IMG/VR virus record: IMGVR_UViG_3300005326_000104
Coordinates: 1-29,822 of that record
Length of the DNA stretch: 29,822 bases
Reading direction: 5' to 3' (one strand)
Source of the DNA: a virus
Taxonomy: Duplodnaviria > Caudoviricetes
The translations under genes were made by a program, and so were the position numbers. The notes beneath the pieces were generated by a model that saw only the letters and a list, made by a program, of their open reading frames with translations, was not told where the DNA came from and searched no databases. Position 1 is the first letter of the stretch, and every line of letters begins with the position of its first letter. This document shows positions 23,007 through 29,822 of the stretch, in pieces.

Positions 23007-23429
23007 ATGGCAACAAAATTCTCGCAGACGCAGAGAGACGAATGGGTCGACCTCCAGATGCAGAAGGCCGAACTCCTCGAGACGCTCGAGACGACGGTCT
23101 ACGCCGACCCGGAGGACCTGGAGACTGAATCCCTCGCCCCTGCCATCGAGGCGAAGGAGGAGGAGATGCGGATCCTCTTCGAGGCCCCGACGACGGACCT
23201 CGAGGAGTACCGCCGGCAGGCCGACGCCCTGAAAGCGCAGCTCAACACGCTCCGGGAACAGGAGGATCAGCGCGTCGGTCGGAACGAGATGAAGATCGCT
23301 GCAGCCGTCGCAACCCACGAGGCGACGAAGGCGGCGCACGAGGAGTCGATCCTCGCCCTCAGGGAGACAGAGAAAGTCACGATCGGGTTCAAGCCGAACT
23401 TCGAGGAGCGGCTGGTCGAGGAGAAGTAG
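23007..23429 (+). CDS. Acidic coiled-coil protein (possible fibre chaperone)
   Basis: Follows the fibre gene; heptad pattern; GGAG RBS. Confidence 0.7.
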   Translation: MATKFSQTQRDEWVDLQMQKAELLETLETTVYADPEDLETESLAPAIEAKEEEMRILFEAPTTDLEEYRRQADALKAQLNTLREQEDQRVGRNEMKIAAAVATHEATKAAHEESILALRETEKVTIGFKPNFEERLVEEK

Positions 23430-24350
23430 ATGCGGGTCCGGGCGAGCGACTACAATCGAGCGCGGCGTTCCGGCCGGGCCACGGCGGTCTCCGTCCGGCC
23501 TGCCGGCACGGCCGTCTCGGGGTACCAGGTCCCGCTCGGGAACCGGCCCGACATCCGTCCGGTCGGCGTGATCGGGCTGTCGACATGGTCCGACCCCTCG
23601 ACGCAGACGGAGACGTGGGTCAGAGTCCCAAGACTGTCGGCGAACTGCCCCCGCCGCGTGGTCGCGTATGCCGGCGGGCGGGGCGATATCAATCGCTGCA
23701 TGGAGTTCGGTGACGAGTTCAACGGGGCTGTGCTTGACACGACGAAGTGGACTGCATCCGGGGAGGGGTATGTTGTAGCGGCGGGAGTTATCACGATCAC
23801 CGATGCTGCGGGAACGCAACGCACCCTAACGAGTCCGGTCGCGTTCGGACCAAACACGGCGGTCAGGGTGCGAAAGAGTGCGAGCATCGGGACGACCGGA
23901 GTCTCGTCTGCCTGTTACATCCAGGTAGGATATTCGAACGGGACGGCGGTCGCGTTGTCCGACGTATATAGTGACGGCGGAACCACGAACAAGTACGACA
24001 AACTCTACACGTATAAATCCAGTGTAACATTGAGCGCCGATGGTCGGTACACCTCAGCGTTCTACACCTACGACATCATTCGGAACGGAACGACATCGGT
24101 CGTCTACAAGCGGGACGGGGCGACAGTCGCAACGAACACGACGAACGTCCCAACTGGGGCGCTCCCCCTGTACTCACTTACATACAAGGCAGCAACAGTG
24201 ACGACGGCAATCAGCATCATCGACTGGCTCGTCCTCCGCAAGTACGTCCCCGCCGAACCCCTCGCCGGCACCGCAGCCCCGACCGCGACCAACCGCGCCC
24301 TCTGCCGGCCGATGTCGCACGCCGATACCCTCCGGGCGGTGTGTGCATGA
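23430..24350 (+). CDS. DUF2341-like protein with lectin-like beta-sandwich (putative adhesin)
   Basis: YQV..DIR..W..TWVRVPRLSAN; FGDEFNGAVLDTTKW; IDWLVLRKYVPAEP. Confidence 0.7.
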   Translation: MRVRASDYNRARRSGRATAVSVRPAGTAVSGYQVPLGNRPDIRPVGVIGLSTWSDPSTQTETWVRVPRLSANCPRRVVAYAGGRGDINRCMEFGDEFNGAVLDTTKWTASGEGYVVAAGVITITDAAGTQRTLTSPVAFGPNTAVRVRKSASIGTTGVSSACYIQVGYSNGTAVALSDVYSDGGTTNKYDKLYTYKSSVTLSADGRYTSAFYTYDIIRNGTTSVVYKRDGATVATNTTNVPTGALPLYSLTYKAATVTTAISIIDWLVLRKYVPAEPLAGTAAPTATNRALCRPMSHADTLRAVCA

Positions 24351-24583
24351 GCGACTACCACCAGATCGCCGCGCTCGAACGCCGCGTTCGGACGCTCGAG
24401 GACGAGCGGCTCGTCCAGCGGATCGAACGGCTCGAGCGTGAGGCCGGCTATCAGAAGGAGTCGATCCTGATGATGTCCCGCGCGCTCGAACAGCTCGCCG
24501 CCTGCTACGAGTCGATGCTGCCGGCCTGGCCCATCCCCACCCCCTACGCGAACGCGCCCAACGAAGACCCGGAGCCGCAATGA
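24347..24583 (+). CDS. Coiled-coil hypothetical protein (78 aa)
   Basis: IAALERRVRTLEDERLVQRIERLE; ATGA overlaps. Confidence 0.7.
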   Translation: MSDYHQIAALERRVRTLEDERLVQRIERLEREAGYQKESILMMSRALEQLAACYESMLPAWPIPTPYANAPNEDPEPQ

Positions 24584-24918
24584 CCGGCCCCGTCGTCGTC
24601 TACGGCGAGCTCGAACTCTCGTATCCCGACCTGGGCACGATCGACCACGGGCCGATCTGCAACAAGACCGAGCTCAAAAACGGCGGCATCGCGCTCCAGG
24701 GGTCGACGCGCAAGATCCGGCAGTGGCGGATCACCTGCCTCACCGACTCCTACGCGGAGATCGCCGCGCTCGAGGACCTCTTCGGCCAGAAACTCGCCCT
24801 GACCATCGACGGCACGATCTACTACGGCGTGATGATCGCCCCGCCGTTCACCTCCCTCCAGATCACCCCGACGAAGTGGAAGTACACAATCGGGTTCATC
24901 CAGGAGGGGTTGTACTGA
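24580..24918 (+). CDS. Putative tail-hub (Dit/gpM-like) protein
   Basis: 112 aa; RQWRITC strand, helix, LTIDG...KWKYTIGFIQ topology (inference). Confidence 0.5.
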   Translation: MTGPVVVYGELELSYPDLGTIDHGPICNKTELKNGGIALQGSTRKIRQWRITCLTDSYAEIAALEDLFGQKLALTIDGTIYYGVMIAPPFTSLQITPTKWKYTIGFIQEGLY

Positions 24919-25463
24919 CCGATCCGGCGGAGATCGCCCGGGAGTACGAGGCCGACCCCTCTACCCCCTGGTCGCAGCGGCCCGGCGAGACCAACCGGGC
25001 CTATTCGGCGTTTCTGATCTATCGTGACCTCGGGCCATCACGCACCATCACAGAGTGCGCCCGGCAGCGGTATCCCGGAAAGTGCAGCCGGACGAAGCCC
25101 CACGAGTGGGCCAGGGTCAACGCCTGGCACGAGCGTGTCGCGGCATGGGACGCCCACCTCCAGGCCGCTGCCGACAAAGCTGAGACGGAGCGTTTTGCGC
25201 AGGAGCGGATCGCCGCGGCCCGCGAACGGCTCGAGACCGGGCGCGCCGGCGTCAACCTCGTCAAGACGTGGATCCGGGCGTTGGGGGACCCGTCGCTGAT
25301 CCCGGCCGGCACTATCCCCAGCTTCCTGAAAGTCTGCGCCGACCTCGCCCGCATCGAGGACGGCCTGAGCACCGAACAGATCGGCGGGACCGTGAGGGTG
25401 ATCACGGCCCAGGACCTCAGCGATGATGAGCTCGCCCGTATCGCAGGCAGTCGCAGCGAGTGA
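24915..25463 (+). CDS. terS: Terminase small subunit (probable CTG start)
   Basis: PWSQRPGETNRAYSAFLIYRDLGPSR...WHERVAAWD; ends LSDDELARI; directly upstream of TerL; AGGAGG RBS then CTGA overlap. Confidence 0.8.
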   Translation: MTDPAEIAREYEADPSTPWSQRPGETNRAYSAFLIYRDLGPSRTITECARQRYPGKCSRTKPHEWARVNAWHERVAAWDAHLQAAADKAETERFAQERIAAARERLETGRAGVNLVKTWIRALGDPSLIPAGTIPSFLKVCADLARIEDGLSTEQIGGTVRVITAQDLSDDELARIAGSRSE

Positions 25464-26928
25464 GCTCCTCGCCCGACGACGGGCGCGTGAGAGCCTCCTC
25501 GACTTCACCACGTACACGAAGCCGGACTATCAGGTGTCGTGGCATCACCGTGCCCTCTGTGCGGCCCTCGACCAGTTCGTGTCTGGCGAGACGACGCGGC
25601 TCATGGTCTCGATGCCCCCGCGACACGGTAAGTCCGAGCTTGTATCCAGACGGCTGCCGGCATACCTCCTCGGCCGGGATCCTGACACGAGCGTGATCGC
25701 CTGCTCCTACTCAGCCGATCTCGCAAGCGCCATGAACCGGGACGTACAGCGCATCATCGACAGCCCTGCGTATCACCGCCTCTTCCCCGACACGACGCTC
25801 TACGGCTCGAACGTCCGCACGACGGCACAGGGGGCCTACCTGCGGAACAGCGACATCTTTGAGATCGTCGGGCACACGGGCGTGTATCGGTCGGCCGGCG
25901 TCGGCGGCGGGATCACCGGCATGGGGGCCGACTATGGCATCATCGATGACCCTGTGAAGAACCAGGAGGAGGCCGCGAGCCCGACCTACCGCGCCAAGGT
26001 CTGGGAGTGGTACACCACCACGCTCTACACGCGGCTCGAGAAGGCAGACAGTCGCATCCTGCTCACCATGACCCGGTGGCACGAGGACGACCTCGCTGGC
26101 AGGCTTCTCGAGGCGGCAGCACGGGAGGACGGGGAGCAGTGGGAGGTGATCTGTTTCCCGGCGATCGCCGAGGAGGCACGCGACCCGCGCGACCCGCGGC
26201 AGGAAGGCGAGCCGCTCTGGCCTGCGAAGTTCCCGACCGAGCGGCTCGCAACGATGAAGACGACGCTCGGCACCTACCCGTGGGCGGCTCTCTACCAGCA
26301 GGCCCCCGCGCCGGCCGGCGGCGGGCTGTTCAAGCAGGAGTGGTTCCGTTACTGCTCCCCGACCGATAGCGGTTATATTCTCCACTCCCCCGAGGGCGCG
26401 AAGGCGATCGCCGCGAAGGAGCTCACCCTCTTCCAGACCTGCGACCCGGCCGGGTCGCTCAAGGCGTCGGCAGACTTCTTCACGCTCGGAACCTGGGGCC
26501 TGACCACGGTCCGCGACCTCCTCCTCCTCGACGTGATCAAGACGCGGCTGGAGGGGCCCGACCAGCCCGGCCTGATCCGGACAGCCTACGAACGGTGGGG
26601 CCCGGTGAAGCAGGGGATTGAGCCGAAGGGCATCGGGCTCACGCTCTTCCAGCAGCTCAAGCGCGACGGCCTGCCGGTCGTGGAGCTCCACGCGGACACA
26701 GACAAGTTTACGCGGGCACTGCCGATGGCCGCTCGGTACGAGGCCGGCACCGTCTACCACCTCGCTGGCGCGCCGTGGCTGGTCGACTTCGAGCGCGAGC
26801 TGGTAAATTTCCCCGGCGGTGCGCACGACGACCAGGTGGACATGGCGAGCTACGCCTACCACATGCAGGAGACGATTCAGATGACCCCCCGACGGTTCGA
26901 GGCAGTGACAGGTACCCGAAAATGGTGA
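25423..26928 (+). CDS. terL: Terminase large subunit
   Basis: Walker A MPPRHGKS, Walker B GIIDDPVK, MTRWHEDDL, nuclease motifs CDPA and HDDQVD. Confidence 0.95.
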   Translation: MMSSPVSQAVAASELLARRRARESLLDFTTYTKPDYQVSWHHRALCAALDQFVSGETTRLMVSMPPRHGKSELVSRRLPAYLLGRDPDTSVIACSYSADLASAMNRDVQRIIDSPAYHRLFPDTTLYGSNVRTTAQGAYLRNSDIFEIVGHTGVYRSAGVGGGITGMGADYGIIDDPVKNQEEAASPTYRAKVWEWYTTTLYTRLEKADSRILLTMTRWHEDDLAGRLLEAAAREDGEQWEVICFPAIAEEARDPRDPRQEGEPLWPAKFPTERLATMKTTLGTYPWAALYQQAPAPAGGGLFKQEWFRYCSPTDSGYILHSPEGAKAIAAKELTLFQTCDPAGSLKASADFFTLGTWGLTTVRDLLLLDVIKTRLEGPDQPGLIRTAYERWGPVKQGIEPKGIGLTLFQQLKRDGLPVVELHADTDKFTRALPMAARYEAGTVYHLAGAPWLVDFERELVNFPGGAHDDQVDMASYAYHMQETIQMTPRRFEAVTGTRKW

Positions 26929-28118
26929 CGATTCGACAGAGACTCAGGCAGCTGGTATCGGGGAAGGCAGAGCCGGCCCCGAAGGCAGTTGCGGCAGGCG
27001 GCACGGCCCGCGCCTACTTCGCGAAGGTGGAACGCACCCTCGAGGCATTGCAGCGGTATCAGACCATCTACGAGCAGGGCGGCCCTATCGCCGAGGCCAT
27101 CGACGCCTACGCCCTCACCGTGCTCTCGAACGGCTACCGGCTCGAAGGAGACGAGGGCCTCGCACGGACCACGCAGGAGCGGCTGGACTCGTTCGAGTTC
27201 GAGAGCGTCATGTACGAGGGCATCGTGCAGGCGCTCGTCCTCGGCGACGCCTTCCAGGAGTGCACCAGAACCCGCATCGGGGCGAACTTCCTCCGGGTCG
27301 ACCTTCGCGACTCGACGCGGTTCACAGTCCGGCAGAACCCCGCCACGGGCGTGGTCGAGGGGTACTCGTTCCTCCCGCCGGGCGAGTGGGACCAGTCCCG
27401 CGCCGTGCCGCTCGAGGTCGCCGACATGGTCCACCTCGTCATCCACCGCAAGGCCGGCAGCCCCTACGGCCGGTCCCTCATTCAGCGGGCCTACGACGAC
27501 ATCATGCGGGACACCAAGACGGCCGAAGGGACGGCCGCGGCCATCGAGCGGCACGGGTTTCCGAAGTTCCACGTCCGCGTCGGAGCCGAGGGCGAGGAGG
27601 TCGCAAAGGAGGACCTCGACGCGATCGGCACGCAGTTCGAGAGCCTCTCGGCGAAGCACGACTTCGTGACCTGCCGGGACGTCGAGATCGGCGCCATCGA
27701 CACGGGCGGGCTCCCCGGGGCCGACGTCTTCTCGAACATCTCGACCTCGCGCCTCTGTGCCGCGCTCGGCGTACCGGCGGAGGTGCTCGGGCTCGACTAC
27801 AAGGGGAGCACGGAGGCCACGGCAAACGTCCGGCTCCGGGTCTGGTACGACAAGTGCGCGGCCATTCAGCGGCGGGTGGCGCCGGTCTACTCGCAGCAGG
27901 TGATCGACCAGATCACGGGCGTGCCCGGCGCGGTCAAGCTCGTCTTCAACGACCCGAACCCATTCGACGAGCAGACGACCGCCGAGTGGATCGGGAAGAT
28001 CATGCAGGCGACCCCGCTCGACCCGTTCGCGGTGCTGCCGCAGGAGTGGGTGCAGAAGAAGTTCGGGGTCACGCCGACCGAGAGCGAGTACGCGCCGGCA
28101 CAGGAGCCTGAAGCATGA
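26922..28118 (+). CDS. Portal protein
   Basis: Follows TerL; SPYGRSLI, HGFPKFHV, LCAALGVPAEVLG; true start MVTIRQR at 26922. Confidence 0.9.
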   Translation: MVTIRQRLRQLVSGKAEPAPKAVAAGGTARAYFAKVERTLEALQRYQTIYEQGGPIAEAIDAYALTVLSNGYRLEGDEGLARTTQERLDSFEFESVMYEGIVQALVLGDAFQECTRTRIGANFLRVDLRDSTRFTVRQNPATGVVEGYSFLPPGEWDQSRAVPLEVADMVHLVIHRKAGSPYGRSLIQRAYDDIMRDTKTAEGTAAAIERHGFPKFHVRVGAEGEEVAKEDLDAIGTQFESLSAKHDFVTCRDVEIGAIDTGGLPGADVFSNISTSRLCAALGVPAEVLGLDYKGSTEATANVRLRVWYDKCAAIQRRVAPVYSQQVIDQITGVPGAVKLVFNDPNPFDEQTTAEWIGKIMQATPLDPFAVLPQEWVQKKFGVTPTESEYAPAQEPEA

Positions 28119-28294
28119 GCGGGGGAGGTAAGAGGCTTCCCGTGGTGGCGCAGGCGCTACCGGGAGCCCCCAACGTCCGGCCAACGGACGAGGAGATGGC
28201 AGCGGAACGGCGCGAGGCGCGACTGGCGGCGCTCTGTGTTGCAATCGCGGGCGGCGCCTTGATCGGGTGTGCCCTCTGGCTGGCGGGGATCTGA
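28115..28294 (+). CDS. 59-aa C-terminally anchored membrane protein; absent from ORF track
   Basis: ATGA overlap; LAALCVAIAGGALIGCALWLAGI. Confidence 0.6.
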   Translation: MSGGGKRLPVVAQALPGAPNVRPTDEEMAAERREARLAALCVAIAGGALIGCALWLAGI

Positions 28295-28295
28295 G

Positions 28296-29057
28296 ATGTG
28301 CCTCCGCTGCCTCGCGGCATCCTACCGCCCGAAGACCGACCCGACGATGAGCAAGAAGATCGAAGACCGGTACGTCAAGGCGATCCTCCCGATGTTCGAC
28401 ACCTTCGAGAAGAAGGCCGTTGCCGCGGTCGAGTCCCGCGCCCGCGAGCTCGCCGCGCCGACAGTCGACCTCGACCTCGAATGGCTGCGAGCCTACCTCG
28501 AGAAGACCATCGATGAGATCATCATCACGCCGTCGAAGGAGAAGCAGGGCGATCTCGTCAAGGTCGCGTATCGCCAGGGCGTCACGTGGGCCGACGGGGC
28601 ACTCAAGGCCGCCCTGGCCGGCGGCACGACCGGCGCCGGTCCGATCGACTGGCACGCGGTCGCCGTGCTGCAGTCCCGAAACCTCTCGGCCCTCAAGGGC
28701 ATCACCGATGAGATGTCGAAACAGATCGTCAGCGCGCTGACCGAGGGGCTCCTGATGGGCGATGGCGTCCCGATGCTCACCGCCCGCATCATGGACCGGT
28801 GCGACAAGATCGGCAGGACGCGCGCCGAGACGATGGCCCGGACGGAGACCATGTATGCCGTCAACCAGGGCGCCACGATCCGGTACGCTCAGGCAGGGAT
28901 CACGAAGGTGAAATTCCTCGCCGGGCTGGACGAACGCGCCTGTGATGAGTGCGAAGGGTATCACGGCGAGGTGTTCGACATCGGAGACGAGCCGAGCCTC
29001 CCCATCCACCCCCGCTGCCGATGTACCTACTCGCCCGTTGTGGAGACGCCGAAATGA
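28296..29057 (+). CDS. Head morphogenesis protein (Mu F / SPP1 gp7 family)
   Basis: RAETMARTET, DERACDEC, LPIHPRCRC. Confidence 0.92.
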   Translation: MCLRCLAASYRPKTDPTMSKKIEDRYVKAILPMFDTFEKKAVAAVESRARELAAPTVDLDLEWLRAYLEKTIDEIIITPSKEKQGDLVKVAYRQGVTWADGALKAALAGGTTGAGPIDWHAVAVLQSRNLSALKGITDEMSKQIVSALTEGLLMGDGVPMLTARIMDRCDKIGRTRAETMARTETMYAVNQGATIRYAQAGITKVKFLAGLDERACDECEGYHGEVFDIGDEPSLPIHPRCRCTYSPVVETPK

Positions 29058-29266
29058 CCGCGACCTGTGAGACCTGCCGGCACTGCCTCCCCATCACCGC
29101 CACGCACGGCGAATGCCGGCACGGCCCCCCAACCGTCGTCTCGACCGGGCACCGGGCGCGGTTTCCCGTCGTCGCTGGGGGCGACTGGTGCGGACAGCAT
29201 TCGCCCCGAGATCCGGAGGCGACACCGAAACGGGCCAAGAAACTCAGGACTGTGGAGGCCGTATGA
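29054..29266 (+). CDS. 70-aa Cys4 protein, paralog of the 19537 C-terminal domain
   Basis: CETCRH...GECRHGPP...FPVVAGGDWCGQH. Confidence 0.75.
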   Translation: MTATCETCRHCLPITATHGECRHGPPTVVSTGHRARFPVVAGGDWCGQHSPRDPEATPKRAKKLRTVEAV

Positions 29267-29379
29267 CCGGCCTCGCCGCACACCTCGCAGGCTGGCGCCG
29301 GCTGGAGGAGGTCGACGCACGGGATATGTCAATTTGTGTCAATTTGTGTCAAATTGATAGTTCGGAGGCCGAGGCATGA
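29263..29379 (+). CDS. 38-aa coupled ORF containing a tandem repeat
   Basis: GGAGG RBS; ATGA overlaps. Confidence 0.45.
   Translation: MTGLAAHLAGWRRLEEVDARDMSICVNLCQIDSSEAEA
29327..29356. repeat. 10-bp tandem repeat TGTCAATTTG x3 (last copy TGTCAAATTG)
   Basis: Read directly; AT-rich island in a GC-rich context. Confidence 0.9.
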
Positions 29380-29693
29380 CCCGCATATACCGCAAGATCC
29401 CGGACGATCCCGACGATCCCCGCCCAGATGTGCGAAAGGACAAGGCTGCCTACCAGAGGTGGCGATTACGGCAGCTCGCGAAGCTTGACGGCACCATGGC
29501 CCCGACGCCACAGAGGAACCCCCGGCTGAACCCGCTCCCCGAGATACCATCAGACGGCGTCTGTATCGGGAGGGTCGCGTACGAGCGCGAGGATCACCGG
29601 TTCGTGATCGCGCTCAACGAAGAGGGGCTCCGGCGGTTCCGTGACGGGAAGATCTTGCGCGACATGCCGGTCGTGATTGCGAGGAGAGCATGA
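29376..29693 (+). CDS. Hypothetical protein (105 aa)
   Basis: GAGG RBS; ATGA overlaps. Confidence 0.7.
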   Translation: MTRIYRKIPDDPDDPRPDVRKDKAAYQRWRLRQLAKLDGTMAPTPQRNPRLNPLPEIPSDGVCIGRVAYEREDHRFVIALNEEGLRRFRDGKILRDMPVVIARRA

Positions 29694-29822
29694 CCGTCGA
29701 CCTGTCTACCGCCTCGACGCGCGACCTCCTCAATGAAATCGAGCGCCGGTACAAGAGGTGCCCGTGCAGTCGGGACGGTCCGCCTCCGGTCACCGATCCT
29801 GTAGTGATCCCCGGGGCGCAAG
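29690..29822 (+). CDS. Hypothetical protein, truncated by the window end
   Basis: GAGGAG RBS; MTVDLSTASTRDLLNEIERRYKRCPC... Confidence 0.55.
   Translation, partial: MTVDLSTASTRDLLNEIERRYKRCPCSRDGPPPVTDPVVIPGAQ

Larger units (their letters stand above)
1..29822. mobile_element. Temperate tailed archaeal virus/provirus (partial), probable Methanomicrobiales host
   Basis: Integrase, divergent regulators, Bet, TerS/TerL, portal, MuF and fibre genes. Archaeal-type Cmk, dockerin-like domain, DUF2080-like gene and TATA promoters. Element boundaries not visible. Confidence 0.9.

Noticed and set aside
20407-24350. Diversity-generating retroelement TR/VR pair
   Set aside because: No reverse transcriptase in the window; the fibre repeats are in-frame coding modules differing mostly at synonymous positions, not adenine-specific
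26877-29009. 710-aa minus-strand ORF (also 25711-26862, 21874-23016 and 4641-5594)
   Set aside because: Antisense to portal/MuF, TerL, fibre and Bet; no RBS or domain signature

Overview
GC-rich 29.8 kb segment of a temperate tailed (Caudoviricetes-type) archaeal virus or provirus. The host is most likely a methanogen of the order Methanomicrobiales. This is inferred from an archaeal-type cytidylate kinase, a Methanomicrobia/haloarchaeal-type dockerin-like domain, a DUF2080-like protein, TATA/BRE-like promoters and GGAGG(TGA) ribosome-binding sites. Order: tyrosine integrase (-); a divergent pair of ribbon-helix-helix regulators (switch); a translationally coupled early operon (Bet/RecT, ASCH, compact C5-methyltransferase, DUF1064 nuclease, many Cys-rich micro-proteins); a reverse-strand DUF2080-like gene with a symmetric bidirectional promoter; an AT-rich region of helically phased GTAC repeats with a perfect hairpin (candidate origin); a second operon (RHH/coiled-coil protein, HNH endonuclease, shuffled paralogs, beta-helix protein, Cmk, DUF4406, secreted stand-alone dockerin); then holin-like, BppU-like, His-repeat fibre and DUF2341-like genes placed before TerS-TerL-portal-MuF. 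Many real genes are under 60 aa and absent from the ORF track; they were recovered from ATGA/TGATG overlaps. No tRNA/att core, CRISPR array, reverse transcriptase, helicase, primase or polymerase was recognised. All family calls come from motif recognition by eye, not database searches.
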